A stretch of DNA of 63,652 nucleotides, counting the filler, from a bacterium (GTDB lineage Bacteria; UBP15; UBA6099; JAJRTR01): NCBI GenBank assembly GCA_024278215.1. It is 5 parts of 5 records of this genome, joined end to end, with 100 filler letters (N's around TTAATTAATTAA, not from the genome) between each part and the next. Parts side by side here need not be neighbours in the genome. Positions count along the whole stretch, not along the records: positions 43,325 to 51,694 come from JAJRTR010000079.1; positions 51,795 to 60,719 come from JAJRTR010000080.1; 3 more parts are not named here. The stretch is one strand, 5' to 3'. Under the pieces are notes generated by a model. The model saw only the letters and a list, made by a program, of their open reading frames with translations, ran no database searches and was not told the DNA's origin. Of the stretch, positions 49,087 through 58,400 are shown piece after piece (position 1 is the first letter of the stretch; each line of letters begins with the position of its first letter). Position numbers and translations under genes: made by a program.

Positions 49087-50764
49087 CATACTGGAACGCG
49101 CCCTGCCGCGCCGAAGTTCGACCATCGGACGCGCCGACTGGGCCTGCCGCTACGCTTCGATAGACGGCCGCCGCTTCAGTTTCGAGCGTCACGAATACCT
49201 GCGCGGCATCTACGAATGCGACCACCCGAATATTGTGCTCGAAAAGGCGGCGCAGATGGGCGGGAGCGTGTTCGGCATCATCGACGCGCTCTGGGCCATC
49301 GACACAGGCAGGGTGAAAAAAGTCATCTACTTTTTCCCGACCGCCGCCGATGTCGAGGACTTCTCGCACGACCGCGTCAGGCCGATGATCCTGGATTGTC
49401 CCCGTTTGTCATCACGTGTGAAAGGGATCGACAACGCCGGCTACAAGCAGTTCCTCGATCCCGTGGACGGCTCGCTCCGGGCGGCGATATATTTCCGCGG
49501 CATGAAGTCGAAGGTTTCGACATCTTCGGTGCCCGCCGACCAGATAATGATCGACGAGCGCGACAAGGTGTCGGTGCGCGACTACGAACTCGCCCTCAAG
49601 CGCATCTCGCATTCCGAAAAAGGCTATCGGCGCGAGGCGTGCACGCCCACGGTGTCGGACTACGGCATCGACGCTGTTTTCCTTCGCTCGGACATGAGAT
49701 GGTGGACGATGAAATGCGCCGCCTGCGGCGAATGGAACCAGCCGGAGAAGACGTTCCGCGACGACGGCGGCCCCGCGCATGTTCTGTATGCCGTGGACGG
49801 CGACGTATTCCTGGGCTGCCGCAGATGCGGCGCGCGCCTGGAACCGGCCGCGGGCGAATGGGTGGCCGACTGGCCGGACCGCTCGGATATCGCGGGCTTC
49901 CACATCTCGCAACTTTACAGCCAGGTGGTGCAGTCGGGCCGCCCGATACAGAAGGTGATACTCGACGACTGGCGCAACACGCGCTATGTGCAGGATTTCT
50001 GGAATTCGCGTGTCGGGTTGCCGTTCGAGGACAACACGACTTCGATCACGCGCGAGATGCTCAACGCTTGCGACGGCGACTACGAGATGAAGCGACGCGG
50101 CACCGCCTGCACGATGGGCGTCGATCAGGGGAATGTGCTGCACGCTGTCGTGTCTTCATACAGCAACAGCGCGCGCCGCGTACTGTTCGCCGGTGTGCTC
50201 GAACGGTTCGACCAACTCGACGAGCTGATGAAAACTTATGACGTGCGGACGTGTGTAATAGACGGACTGCCCAACACGCACAGCGCGCGCGAGTTCGCCG
50301 CGCGTTTTCCCGGTCGCGTCTATCTCTGTTTTTACAGCGCGAGCGCGAAGGGCGAAACGCGGTGGAGCGAGTCCGATTCGACAGTGTCCGTGAACCGCAC
50401 CGAGGCGCTGGACGCGGCGCTCGAAAGTTACGCGCGCCGCGAGGTGCGTCTGCCGCGCGGCGCGGTGATCGAGGAGCAGTTCAAGCAGCAGATGTGCAAC
50501 ATGGCGCGCAAGCCGATCAGGGGCGAACTGGGAGAGATAACCGGTTTTGAATGGGTGCGGCGCGGTGCGGATCATTTTCGCCATGCCGACAGCTACGACT
50601 GCATCGCCGGTACGCGGCGCGGCCGCGACCTGGGTGAGATACTGCTGGGCGTGGCGTCCGAAGAGCCGCGCGCCGGTTTCCACACGCCCGGCTCGGAGTT
50701 GCCGGGTGGCAACAGCCGCGTTGCAGGCGGCAGCGATGAAAAGAGGAGTATGGATGAGTGGTGA
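48986..50764 (+). CDS. Terminase large subunit, GpA family (true start probably later)
   Basis: KAAQMG Walker A-like, IMIDE Walker B, CTPT, CxxC pairs, GFHISQL, MGVDQG, DHFRHA. Confidence 0.9.
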   Translation: MLSEKQTKTIVLKRPLDASLRRSLRSKLSAAATDILERALPRRSSTIGRADWACRYASIDGRRFSFERHEYLRGIYECDHPNIVLEKAAQMGGSVFGIIDALWAIDTGRVKKVIYFFPTAADVEDFSHDRVRPMILDCPRLSSRVKGIDNAGYKQFLDPVDGSLRAAIYFRGMKSKVSTSSVPADQIMIDERDKVSVRDYELALKRISHSEKGYRREACTPTVSDYGIDAVFLRSDMRWWTMKCAACGEWNQPEKTFRDDGGPAHVLYAVDGDVFLGCRRCGARLEPAAGEWVADWPDRSDIAGFHISQLYSQVVQSGRPIQKVILDDWRNTRYVQDFWNSRVGLPFEDNTTSITREMLNACDGDYEMKRRGTACTMGVDQGNVLHAVVSSYSNSARRVLFAGVLERFDQLDELMKTYDVRTCVIDGLPNTHSAREFAARFPGRVYLCFYSASAKGETRWSESDSTVSVNRTEALDAALESYARREVRLPRGAVIEEQFKQQMCNMARKPIRGELGEITGFEWVRRGADHFRHADSYDCIAGTRRGRDLGEILLGVASEEPRAGFHTPGSELPGGNSRVAGGSDEKRSMDEW

Positions 50765-50862
50765 AAAGGGGATGCACGGCCCGCATTGGTGAAATATGCG
50801 GGGCAGCCGGTTTTTGTACGAGTACTGCAAAGAATATGAGAACGTAACATGGGAGGTATTTT

Positions 50863-51186
50863 ATGTATGGAACAAGATTGAAATGTGACAGGCGACCGTG
50901 TTGCGTGATGGGCGACATGATGGTGGAGGAAATTTTGAACACAATGGCGGCGCGGCACGCGAGCCGCGGCGTTATTCAGTACTGTGTGCTGCCCTACGCG
51001 CTGGACGATCTGATGGAGATCATAACCGACATCGAGGCGTCGCCCACCGGCGATTCCAGCCGTAACGGCCTTGTGCTCAGCCTCGTGAAGCGAGTGATCA
51101 CCGACAGGCTGCGAAAAGCCGCGGGGTGCATCGGCAGGGCCATCGAGAACGGGCACAGGCTGGCGGTCGAGGAGTTGAAGTTCTGA
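50863..51186 (+). CDS. Hypothetical protein
   Basis: GGAGGT RBS; 107 aa. Confidence 0.55.
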   Translation: MYGTRLKCDRRPCCVMGDMMVEEILNTMAARHASRGVIQYCVLPYALDDLMEIITDIEASPTGDSSRNGLVLSLVKRVITDRLRKAAGCIGRAIENGHRLAVEELKF

Positions 51187-51267
51187 AGTTGCCGCCGTGC
51201 ACGCTACAACACGCGCGCGACATGTTGCAGGGTCGAACCGAAAAACCAATGTGAAAGGAACGAGGTT

Positions 51268-51567
51268 ATGAACTACCCGCTTTTCGAGCGTTCTGAAGGG
51301 TTCTACCATTCGCTGGCACTGCTGCCCGACTGGGAAAACCGGCTGGTGCGACGGCTGGACATCGAGGAATTCGCCGTGAGCGATCTCGACAGCGCCGAAC
51401 TGACTATCCTGCATTTCAATCAGCTCGGCTACACGATCAGGGAGATAAGCTGGTACTACGGAGTGAAGGACCGACAGGTGCGCCGCCGTCTAAAGAAGAT
51501 ATACCACCGTCTGGCTGTGCGGCAGGCGGATACGAGCGAAGACGAAAAGGAGTGTGATGCACATTGA
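51268..51567 (+). CDS. LuxR/sigma-region-4-like HTH protein
   Basis: L..AE..IL....GYTIREIS...GV....V...LKKIY. Confidence 0.7.
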   Translation: MNYPLFERSEGFYHSLALLPDWENRLVRRLDIEEFAVSDLDSAELTILHFNQLGYTIREISWYYGVKDRQVRRRLKKIYHRLAVRQADTSEDEKECDAH

Positions 51568-51694
51568 AGTGTTACGGCAGGTATGGTACGGGGGCGGACT
51601 GCGCGAACTGCGAGTGGAGCGCGGGCTGCCGAAAGATCGAGGCTTTCGACAAGCGGATTTACAGGTCGAACCGAAAGTATGCGATTCTGAAACT
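51564..51694 (+). CDS. Partial Cys-rich hypothetical protein
   Basis: KCYG..CANC....C; AAGGAG RBS; truncated by the contig end. Confidence 0.45.
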
Positions 51695-51794
51695 NNNNNN
51701 NNNNNNNNNNNNNNNNNNNNNNNNNNNNNNNNNNNNNNTTAATTAATTAANNNNNNNNNNNNNNNNNNNNNNNNNNNNNNNNNNNNNNNNNNNN
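51695..51794. other. Artificial contig spacer
   Basis: N-TTAATTAATTAA-N. Confidence 0.98.
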
Positions 51795-52129
51795 GAGACC
51801 ACTACAAAATTGCTATCTACTTCCACTGCGGCGGTCTCAATCTTTATCCGGAAATAGCTCAATGAAAGGAATTATCATGCGCTCGGACTTGCACCACAAC
51901 ATCTTGTGGCTACCCACTCAAAACCCGGAAGCGCGGTTTCTGTTACCCAATTTTCACATTTATCATGTTCTTTTCTTCCTTTTGTACAGGCACAAGCTGA
52001 GGCGCGTGACGGTGGCTGCACCCTGCACTCTTATCGTTTTTACGCAAACCCGTCTTACATCATTTCTTTGTTAACAGGACACTGGAGCAGTTGCAATGAT
52101 TTCAAACAAGCTATGCGTGAAAATGATTT

Positions 52130-53920
52130 TCAGAACTTCGAAGAGAAATCTATTATCAGGTCGTTATTTTCGACATTCCAGTAGGTGGTAAGCATCGAGC
52201 CGTAAAAATCGTAACGAAGGTTGTAGTTCTTAACACTGAAAACACCTCTTTCGAGATTATAAATCAGGTTCGATTGAAGCGACGCTTTCTTGTTCAGCTC
52301 GTAATTGAAAGCAGTAGAGAGAGAGCCGAATCTGTTTCTGCGCAAATTGTAGGAACTGGACAGCCTGACATTGAATGTTCGGCCCCTTGCCATAGAATAT
52401 GTAGAGGAAAGGCTCTGCGAGGAGCTGGTTTCGCCAATGTCGCGGTTCTGATTGTATCTGTAGGACAGCCCGAAGGATTTCCCGTGGCCGAGATTTTGAT
52501 TGAGCCTGACGGAACTGCCGTAATTGTTATGAATGCTGCCTTCAGTGTAGCCCCCTACCCCGCCGTTTAATGACGTGCTGATCCTCAACTTTTTTGTAAT
52601 CTTGATAGCCGAACGGAACATGCTTAAGCCTACGAACATACTTCCCGCACTATCGTTGGCTCTGTTGTTTTGCCAGCCGAGTGAAGAACTCATGCGATAC
52701 TTGTACTTGTCATTTCTCAGCACGGGGCGCGTTTTCCCCATGAAGCGCACCATTGCGTCCATACTCGACTGGCCCAACCCGTTATAGCTGACGACATGTT
52801 TGTTTTTGAATGCGCGGAAATAGCCCTGTATCTGTGTCGAACCCATCTTTGCGGTCGTGCCCAGCCTGAAAGACTGGCGCCCCTTCCTGCTGATACTCAG
52901 GTTCATATTCTGATTTCTCACACTGCCGCCGTGGCGCATCATCGAGATGGAATATGATCTGCGGCTTCCGAAAAGAGTTCCCATGCCGAGACTGCCTGAA
53001 AGGTTGTTCTTGAACTTGAATTGCTGACTGAGGTTGGCGACATAACTGTGGCCTCCGTCACCGTAATAATTCAGGTCTACAAATCCCTTCTTTCCTTTGG
53101 CGTCACTGTAACGATACCTCGTGCCGAGGCCCCAGTCGTTGTTGCTGCTATATTTGATTTTTTTAAGCTTGATATTGCCCCTTGTCAACTTGTTGGATGT
53201 GTTTGTCCAGTATGGCAGTTGTGTCAGCCGGTTGCCCTTAAACCACAATACAGAATTCCACGCTTCATAAGCGTCGTCCGGTGATATGCGCACTCTTTTT
53301 GCCGTTATAGCATTCGCCATAATATCGGGTTCTTCGTATAGATACTTGGGTTCGCCGATCTGAGGCATCTCCGAGACTTCATAGAGCTCTTCGCCCTGTA
53401 GATATATCTTCCGCACTTCCGACTTTGTCTTTATCAGCACCCCGGCCATCTTTTGCAGGTCGAATAAGAGCACATCGCCCTCATAATTCTGGATATTTCC
53501 GGATTTTTCGCAGGCATCTATTTCTTTGAGTTTGCGGTCTGCTTCTTCCGCCATCGTTTCGCCGTCCGATAGGATTGCGCCGGGCACCTTAACTTCTTTT
53601 GTCCCGCATACGGCTTTCTCTGTTCCAGCGACAGCCGGGGTTGGACTCCTTAGCATTGTCGAAAGCGTCACTGTTCCCTCGGCATGCAGTATGTGGGTCT
53701 TTGTGTCGACCTTTATATTTTTCGCCTGCACCCGGAGCATTCCGAATATGAGTTCTGCCTGGCCCTCGCAGTGGAGAATTTTCTTGTCAATATCAAACAT
53801 TATATAATCTGCTGAAGCTGTATAGGGTTTGTCCAGGGAAAACGAAGGCAGGGCACACAGGCAGGCCAAAACACAAGCCAGCACCACAACTAGAGGTTTG
53901 TTATAATTCTTTTTAACCAA
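52130..53920 (-). CDS. LptD/OstA-like outer-membrane beta-barrel protein
   Basis: Signal peptide, ADYI..EG....A..I OstA-like N-domain, amphipathic strands, terminal Phe. Confidence 0.65.
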   Translation of the reverse strand: MVKKNYNKPLVVVLACVLACLCALPSFSLDKPYTASADYIMFDIDKKILHCEGQAELIFGMLRVQAKNIKVDTKTHILHAEGTVTLSTMLRSPTPAVAGTEKAVCGTKEVKVPGAILSDGETMAEEADRKLKEIDACEKSGNIQNYEGDVLLFDLQKMAGVLIKTKSEVRKIYLQGEELYEVSEMPQIGEPKYLYEEPDIMANAITAKRVRISPDDAYEAWNSVLWFKGNRLTQLPYWTNTSNKLTRGNIKLKKIKYSSNNDWGLGTRYRYSDAKGKKGFVDLNYYGDGGHSYVANLSQQFKFKNNLSGSLGMGTLFGSRRSYSISMMRHGGSVRNQNMNLSISRKGRQSFRLGTTAKMGSTQIQGYFRAFKNKHVVSYNGLGQSSMDAMVRFMGKTRPVLRNDKYKYRMSSSLGWQNNRANDSAGSMFVGLSMFRSAIKITKKLRISTSLNGGVGGYTEGSIHNNYGSSVRLNQNLGHGKSFGLSYRYNQNRDIGETSSSQSLSSTYSMARGRTFNVRLSSSYNLRRNRFGSLSTAFNYELNKKASLQSNLIYNLERGVFSVKNYNLRYDFYGSMLTTYWNVENNDLIIDFSSKF

Positions 53921-54003
53921 AATGTCTTTGCTGTCGTCTATATTGAGGCATTATTATGTTGTTGTTCACGTATGATGCCCCGACTGATATGTTTAACTTC
54001 TCT

Positions 54004-54182
54004 GAGCCAATTGCAAAGTTCTGATTCGGCTGCGGTCGGCTGCAATTGTCCATGGCTGCGTTGTCGGCACAAAATCTTCCTCAACGTACTCGACGAGTAC
54101 GCCTGCGGGGATTCTGCACCTCCGCCTTGCTTCTGAAAAATTTCGTTCGACCTCGCTTCGAACATAAATTTGAAATTGGCTC
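54004..54182. mobile_element. MITE family A, complete diverged copy
   Basis: GAGCCAATT..AATTGGCTC ends; CTCT on both flanks (4-bp TSD). Confidence 0.85.
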
Positions 54183-54777
54183 CTCTATTATAACATAATG
54201 CAGTATATGAAAAACAAGATGTGTTATTAATTTAGTGATTGAACGAAAAAGTGCTTCTTCCGAAATATGCGCAAATTGCCCGCTTTCTCGGGAATGACTC
54301 TTTTCGCGGTCGAAAATATGATAAGATGGCGATGTCATCCAGTTTGTCATTCAGAGCGAACCGAAGTATCTTTTGTTGTTCACCGGATATTCGCTGATGC
54401 TACCCCGACGGTTACGTGTTTTCGGGATAAAGCTTATTATTAAATTGCGAAAAACATCAATAATTGTAATAATAAGCGAATGTATTGCAGGGTTTCAGCC
54501 AATATATTATTTATTGGGTCTAATAAAAATACGATTCAATACCTTGACAAAGACGCGATATCTTTTTATTATCTCTATGGTTTGGATGGATGAAGAGTAT
54601 ACGACAGTCTGGTTATCAGGGGACAGGCGGTTCTTTCTCCTGCAATCCTCCATAATGAACATCGGTAATTATTGCGACCGGTTAAAACGGTTGTTTTTTT
54701 GTGCAGAACAGCACGATGGCGGATGGTTCTATGTCTAACAGAGTGTAAACGGATCATCTGCGTAGGGATGTGAGAAT

Positions 54778-55923
54778 ATGATGGCACGACAGGCAAAGCG
54801 GGCGGGAAAAGCCTTTAAGAGCGGAGATATAATAAAAAGGATAGTCAGCAGGGTAGTGAGAGGATTCATTGTAGAGGCCGAAACGAGAGGGTCGGTCAAA
54901 TACGACGAGATCGTGGATTTTTTGTTTCTCCACGATGAAAACAACGGAATAACAATAGAGGAACTTCTGAGTATTTTCTCTAAAAAGGGTATCACTGTTC
55001 TTGATGACAATGGTGACCCGATAATAACCGAGGATAAAGAAGAGGAAGAAGAGGAAGAAGTCGCATTTGTAGATACGAGTACTCCGATAGACGATTCAAT
55101 ACAGATGTATATGCGGGATGTCGGCAAGGTGCCGTTGCTTACCGCGGAAGAAGAGATAATGCTGGCAAAAAGGATCGAGATGGGTGATGGAACGGCACGC
55201 GCCGAACTCATCGAGGCGAACCTCAGGCTTGTCGTTGCAAATGCAAAGAAGTATATCGGCAGAGTGAATATGTCGTTTCTCGACCTGATTCAGGAAGGCA
55301 ACCTGGGACTTATGAGGGCTGCTGAAAAGTTTGACTTCCGCAAGGGCACTCGTTTCAGCACCTATGCCACGTGGTGGATACGCCAGAGCATAATCCGCGG
55401 AATGGCGGATCAGGGCGCTACCATCAGGAAGCCCATACACATGGCCGACGCCATCAGGCGGCTTGTTCGCACTTCGAGACAATTGCGTCAGGACAACGGC
55501 AGGGAACCCACCGTTGCCGAACTCGCGGTCGAACTCGATATGCCCGAGCCCAAGATAAAGGAAATGCTCCAAGCGGCGAAAACGCCTGTGTCCCTGGATA
55601 CGTCCATCGGCGACAGCGACGACACGCGCCTGCTGGACTTTATCGAAGACAAGGAAGCACCCAGGACTGAGGACAGCGCTGCCTATACAGCGTTGAAAGA
55701 GGACCTGTGCGACATACTCGGCACACTCGGCTACAGGGAACGGAGAATCATCGAACTTAGATTCGGTCTCATCGACGGCCACCCCCGGACCCTGGAAGTT
55801 GTGGGAAATGAATTCGGGGTGACACGCGAGCGTGTCAGGCAGATCGAAGCCAAAGCGCTTGATAAACTCAAGATGGCCTGCGACGGTCGCCGCATTCATC
55901 TCGATTATTTTCTTGACGAATAG
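54778..55923 (+). CDS. RpoD/SigA-family sigma70 factor (possibly a paralog)
   Basis: ANLRLVV, DLIQEGNLGL, FSTYATWWIRQ, VTRERVRQIE. Confidence 0.92.
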   Translation: MMARQAKRAGKAFKSGDIIKRIVSRVVRGFIVEAETRGSVKYDEIVDFLFLHDENNGITIEELLSIFSKKGITVLDDNGDPIITEDKEEEEEEEVAFVDTSTPIDDSIQMYMRDVGKVPLLTAEEEIMLAKRIEMGDGTARAELIEANLRLVVANAKKYIGRVNMSFLDLIQEGNLGLMRAAEKFDFRKGTRFSTYATWWIRQSIIRGMADQGATIRKPIHMADAIRRLVRTSRQLRQDNGREPTVAELAVELDMPEPKIKEMLQAAKTPVSLDTSIGDSDDTRLLDFIEDKEAPRTEDSAAYTALKEDLCDILGTLGYRERRIIELRFGLIDGHPRTLEVVGNEFGVTRERVRQIEAKALDKLKMACDGRRIHLDYFLDE

Positions 55924-55951
55924 TTTTTCAGATTCAGATAACGATATCGAA

Positions 55952-55993
55952 TAATAAAAGGGCGGGAATCTTGATATAATTCCCGCCCTTATT
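55952..55993. terminator. Bidirectional terminator between convergent genes
   Basis: AAGGGCGGGAAT / ATTCCCGCCCTT 12-bp stem. Confidence 0.8.
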
Positions 55994-56014
55994 GTTGTGT
56001 GCAGTAAAATCAGG

Positions 56015-56650
56015 TCAGAATGTGAAACCCGCCGGGAGTTTGCTCTTCGGTGTTCCCAGCGGCACCCAGCTCAGGTCTGTAATTGTGTAAGTCGGATTCT
56101 TCGTCCTGAAAATGGGGACCACTCTCATGCCGATCTCGGGTTCTCCGACCGACAGGTAGCTCATAAGGATTGTGCATACTCCGTCGAATTCTATGTTGAT
56201 GAACTTTATCGGCTTTTTGAGCGTGTTGAATGCGCCCGTTCGCTCCGTGATCATGAATGTATGCACTCTGGCGGTTTTCTTGACCAATCCCGTGAGAGTG
56301 ACTTTCTTCATCTTGCTGAGGCAGTCGGGGCAATGGATGCGGTAAGGAAGATATATCGAGCCTTTGAACTCGCAGTCTGGATTAACACACTTTGTGCCGA
56401 GAAGCACGCCTTTAGCGAGCGCATCGAAAAAGGGAGCTTCGCCTCCATAAGAGTGCATGTATGTCATATCCCTGGGATTGGTAACACCACAGAGTTTTCC
56501 TTTTTCGTCGAATATCGGAGTATTCGGTATTGCGACATGAAAACTTCCGCTTGGAACATATTTGTCTTTTACGACTTTGACCGTTCCTCTTTTGACAACC
56601 TTACCCGCAGTGTTTTTCTTCTTTGTGGTTTTCTTTTTTGCAACAGCCAT
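56015..56650 (-). CDS. DUF35 Zn-ribbon/OB-fold protein
   Basis: LLGTKC....C..P.R..CPDC, IGMRV..F; paired with a thiolase. Confidence 0.88.
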   Translation of the reverse strand: MAVAKKKTTKKKNTAGKVVKRGTVKVVKDKYVPSGSFHVAIPNTPIFDEKGKLCGVTNPRDMTYMHSYGGEAPFFDALAKGVLLGTKCVNPDCEFKGSIYLPYRIHCPDCLSKMKKVTLTGLVKKTARVHTFMITERTGAFNTLKKPIKFINIEFDGVCTILMSYLSVGEPEIGMRVVPIFRTKNPTYTITDLSWVPLGTPKSKLPAGFTF

Positions 56651-58119
56651 TATTTCTTACCTCCCTTCCGTTTTGAAGAGGCTTTCTTTTTCTTCTTGCC
56701 GGATTTCTTCAGCAGGTGGTCGGGATCGACAAGTATCGTTGCAGTGACATGTGAGCCGACACCGGCATGGCTGATAGCCAGGGTGCGTTTGCAGTTCCTG
56801 ACAGTAAGGTCCTGCCAGTCTTTAGGTTTCTTTTTGCCGTAAGCTTTCCAGCGTTTCGGGTCGCCGTGAATCTCGGCGTGTTTGTTCCATATATGCAGAG
56901 CGCATTCGCTGATCTGCATGAGTCCGGTAGCGCCGACAGCGTGCATGCAGCCGATGAGACCGCCCGAGAGATTTGCGGGCAGCCTGCCGGGTTTGCCTGT
57001 ATTGGGGTTGGTGTGGTAGCAGTCGCCCGACTCGACATAGTCACGGCCTTCGCCGTAGGGCCTGATGCCGATGTCTTCGTAGGTCTGGATGTCGCTGATT
57101 GTGAAAGCGTCGTGGAGCTCGACCATGTCGAGGTCTTCGCACGGGTCGGTGACGCCTGCCATGCCGTATGCGTAATATGCCGCCATGCGCGCCGCGAGGA
57201 ATCCTGTGAAGCCTGGGTACCGGTCTCCGCCGGGGAATCTCTCGCCGAGGTCTTTGTACTGGGACGGTGTCTCGTTGGGCAGGAGCGGTATGTCCATATC
57301 GCGCCTGTCCGCGGGCCGCAGCGTGTGCGAGCCGGCACCGACATAAATGCGCAGGGGTTTGTCCGTCATTTTGCGGGCGGTCTTTTCGTCTGCAACTATG
57401 CAGCATGATGCGCCTACGCTCATGAGGCAGCAGTCGAGCGCGCGGAGCGGATACGCGACAACGGGCGACTTCAGAACATCTTCCACCGTGATCTTCATCG
57501 GAGCCTGCGCGAACGGGTTGTAGCAGGCATAGCCGTGGTTCTTGACGGCGATCTCAGCCATTGTGCGCCTGAAAGAATCTTCGGATTTACCGAACACCTG
57601 CCAGTATTTCTGGGCCATGACAGCGTAATATCCTGTATAGATGTGGCCGAGAGGTGTCTCCCAGTCCTTGTCGGCGGCACATGAGATCAGGTGATTGCCT
57701 TCATCCGTGGGAACCTCATCCATTCGCTCCCAGCCCAGCGCGAGCGCACAGTCCGAGTAGCCGGACGCGACGGCTTTCACTGCTTCCCACATAGTCGAGC
57801 CGCCTGTGGCACCGCCTGTTTTCACGCCTATGTTCCCCAGCGGGTCGAGGCCAAGCCTGTCGTGTATGACAGATTCGCCGAGAAGCTGATCGCCGAAATG
57901 GTCTGCAAAATGACCGTAGTAACATGTGTGAATGTACCTTTTCAATTCCGCCGGCGACATGTCGATCAACTCGGCTGCCATCTGCATTGCATCCACACAC
58001 AATTCTTCCGTTCTCTTGTGCGGGAACGCGCGGCGAAATTCAGACTCGCCGACCGTGACGAGGTAGACCGGTCTGCTCATTTCCGGAATCTTGAGCTGTT
58101 CCTTACTGAACTTGATCAT
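56650..58119 (-). CDS. SCP-x-type thiolase-fold protein lacking the usual nucleophile Cys
   Basis: TGGATGG, VKNH....NP.AQ, ELHDAF, SGGLIG..HAVGATG. Confidence 0.88.
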   Translation of the reverse strand: MIKFSKEQLKIPEMSRPVYLVTVGESEFRRAFPHKRTEELCVDAMQMAAELIDMSPAELKRYIHTCYYGHFADHFGDQLLGESVIHDRLGLDPLGNIGVKTGGATGGSTMWEAVKAVASGYSDCALALGWERMDEVPTDEGNHLISCAADKDWETPLGHIYTGYYAVMAQKYWQVFGKSEDSFRRTMAEIAVKNHGYACYNPFAQAPMKITVEDVLKSPVVAYPLRALDCCLMSVGASCCIVADEKTARKMTDKPLRIYVGAGSHTLRPADRRDMDIPLLPNETPSQYKDLGERFPGGDRYPGFTGFLAARMAAYYAYGMAGVTDPCEDLDMVELHDAFTISDIQTYEDIGIRPYGEGRDYVESGDCYHTNPNTGKPGRLPANLSGGLIGCMHAVGATGLMQISECALHIWNKHAEIHGDPKRWKAYGKKKPKDWQDLTVRNCKRTLAISHAGVGSHVTATILVDPDHLLKKSGKKKKKASSKRKGGKK

Positions 58120-58147
58120 TCGGTAACTCCCTTCGATAGTTGATAAT

Positions 58148-58180
58148 AAAAAGCGGAGGTTGCAACATACGCCTCCGCCT
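58148..58180 (-). terminator. Terminator in the 5' leader of the thiolase operon
   Basis: GCGGAGG/CCTCCGC stem followed by T5, about 30 nt upstream of the thiolase ATG. Confidence 0.6.
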
Positions 58181-58182
58181 GT

Positions 58183-58260
58183 TTATGCGTAATCCGGAAA
58201 ATAATAACACTTCTGCAATTCGTATAAACTGTGTTTGTGAGGCTGTAAAACTACTTTCAT
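58183..58260 (-). CDS. 25-aa putative leader peptide MKVVLQPHKHSLYELQKCYYFPDYA
   Basis: GGAG RBS; lies between the promoter and the terminator. Confidence 0.5.
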   Translation of the reverse strand: MKVVLQPHKHSLYELQKCYYFPDYA

Positions 58261-58287
58261 TTTCTCCATATTATTTTAACGGTGTGT

Positions 58288-58316
58288 AGTATATCACAGC
58301 TTCAAAACACGGGCAA
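58288..58316 (-). promoter_or_regulatory. Sigma70 promoter
   Basis: TTGCCC, 17-nt spacer, TATACT with extended TG. Confidence 0.65.
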
Positions 58317-58400
58317 GTAAAATGTTGTTTGTGTTTCCTCGTTAATTCTGTAAAATAAAACTATCGTAAATACAGACTGATACGAAGTGGAAAACCGAAT

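Noticed and set aside
1-51694. Treating the capsid-like operon and the terminase module as one virus
   Set aside because: They are on different contigs, and GpA terminases belong to tailed phages rather than jelly-roll viruses
54373-54738. 121-aa ORF upstream of the sigma factor
   Set aside because: AT-rich intergenic sequence with no RBS or recognisable motifs
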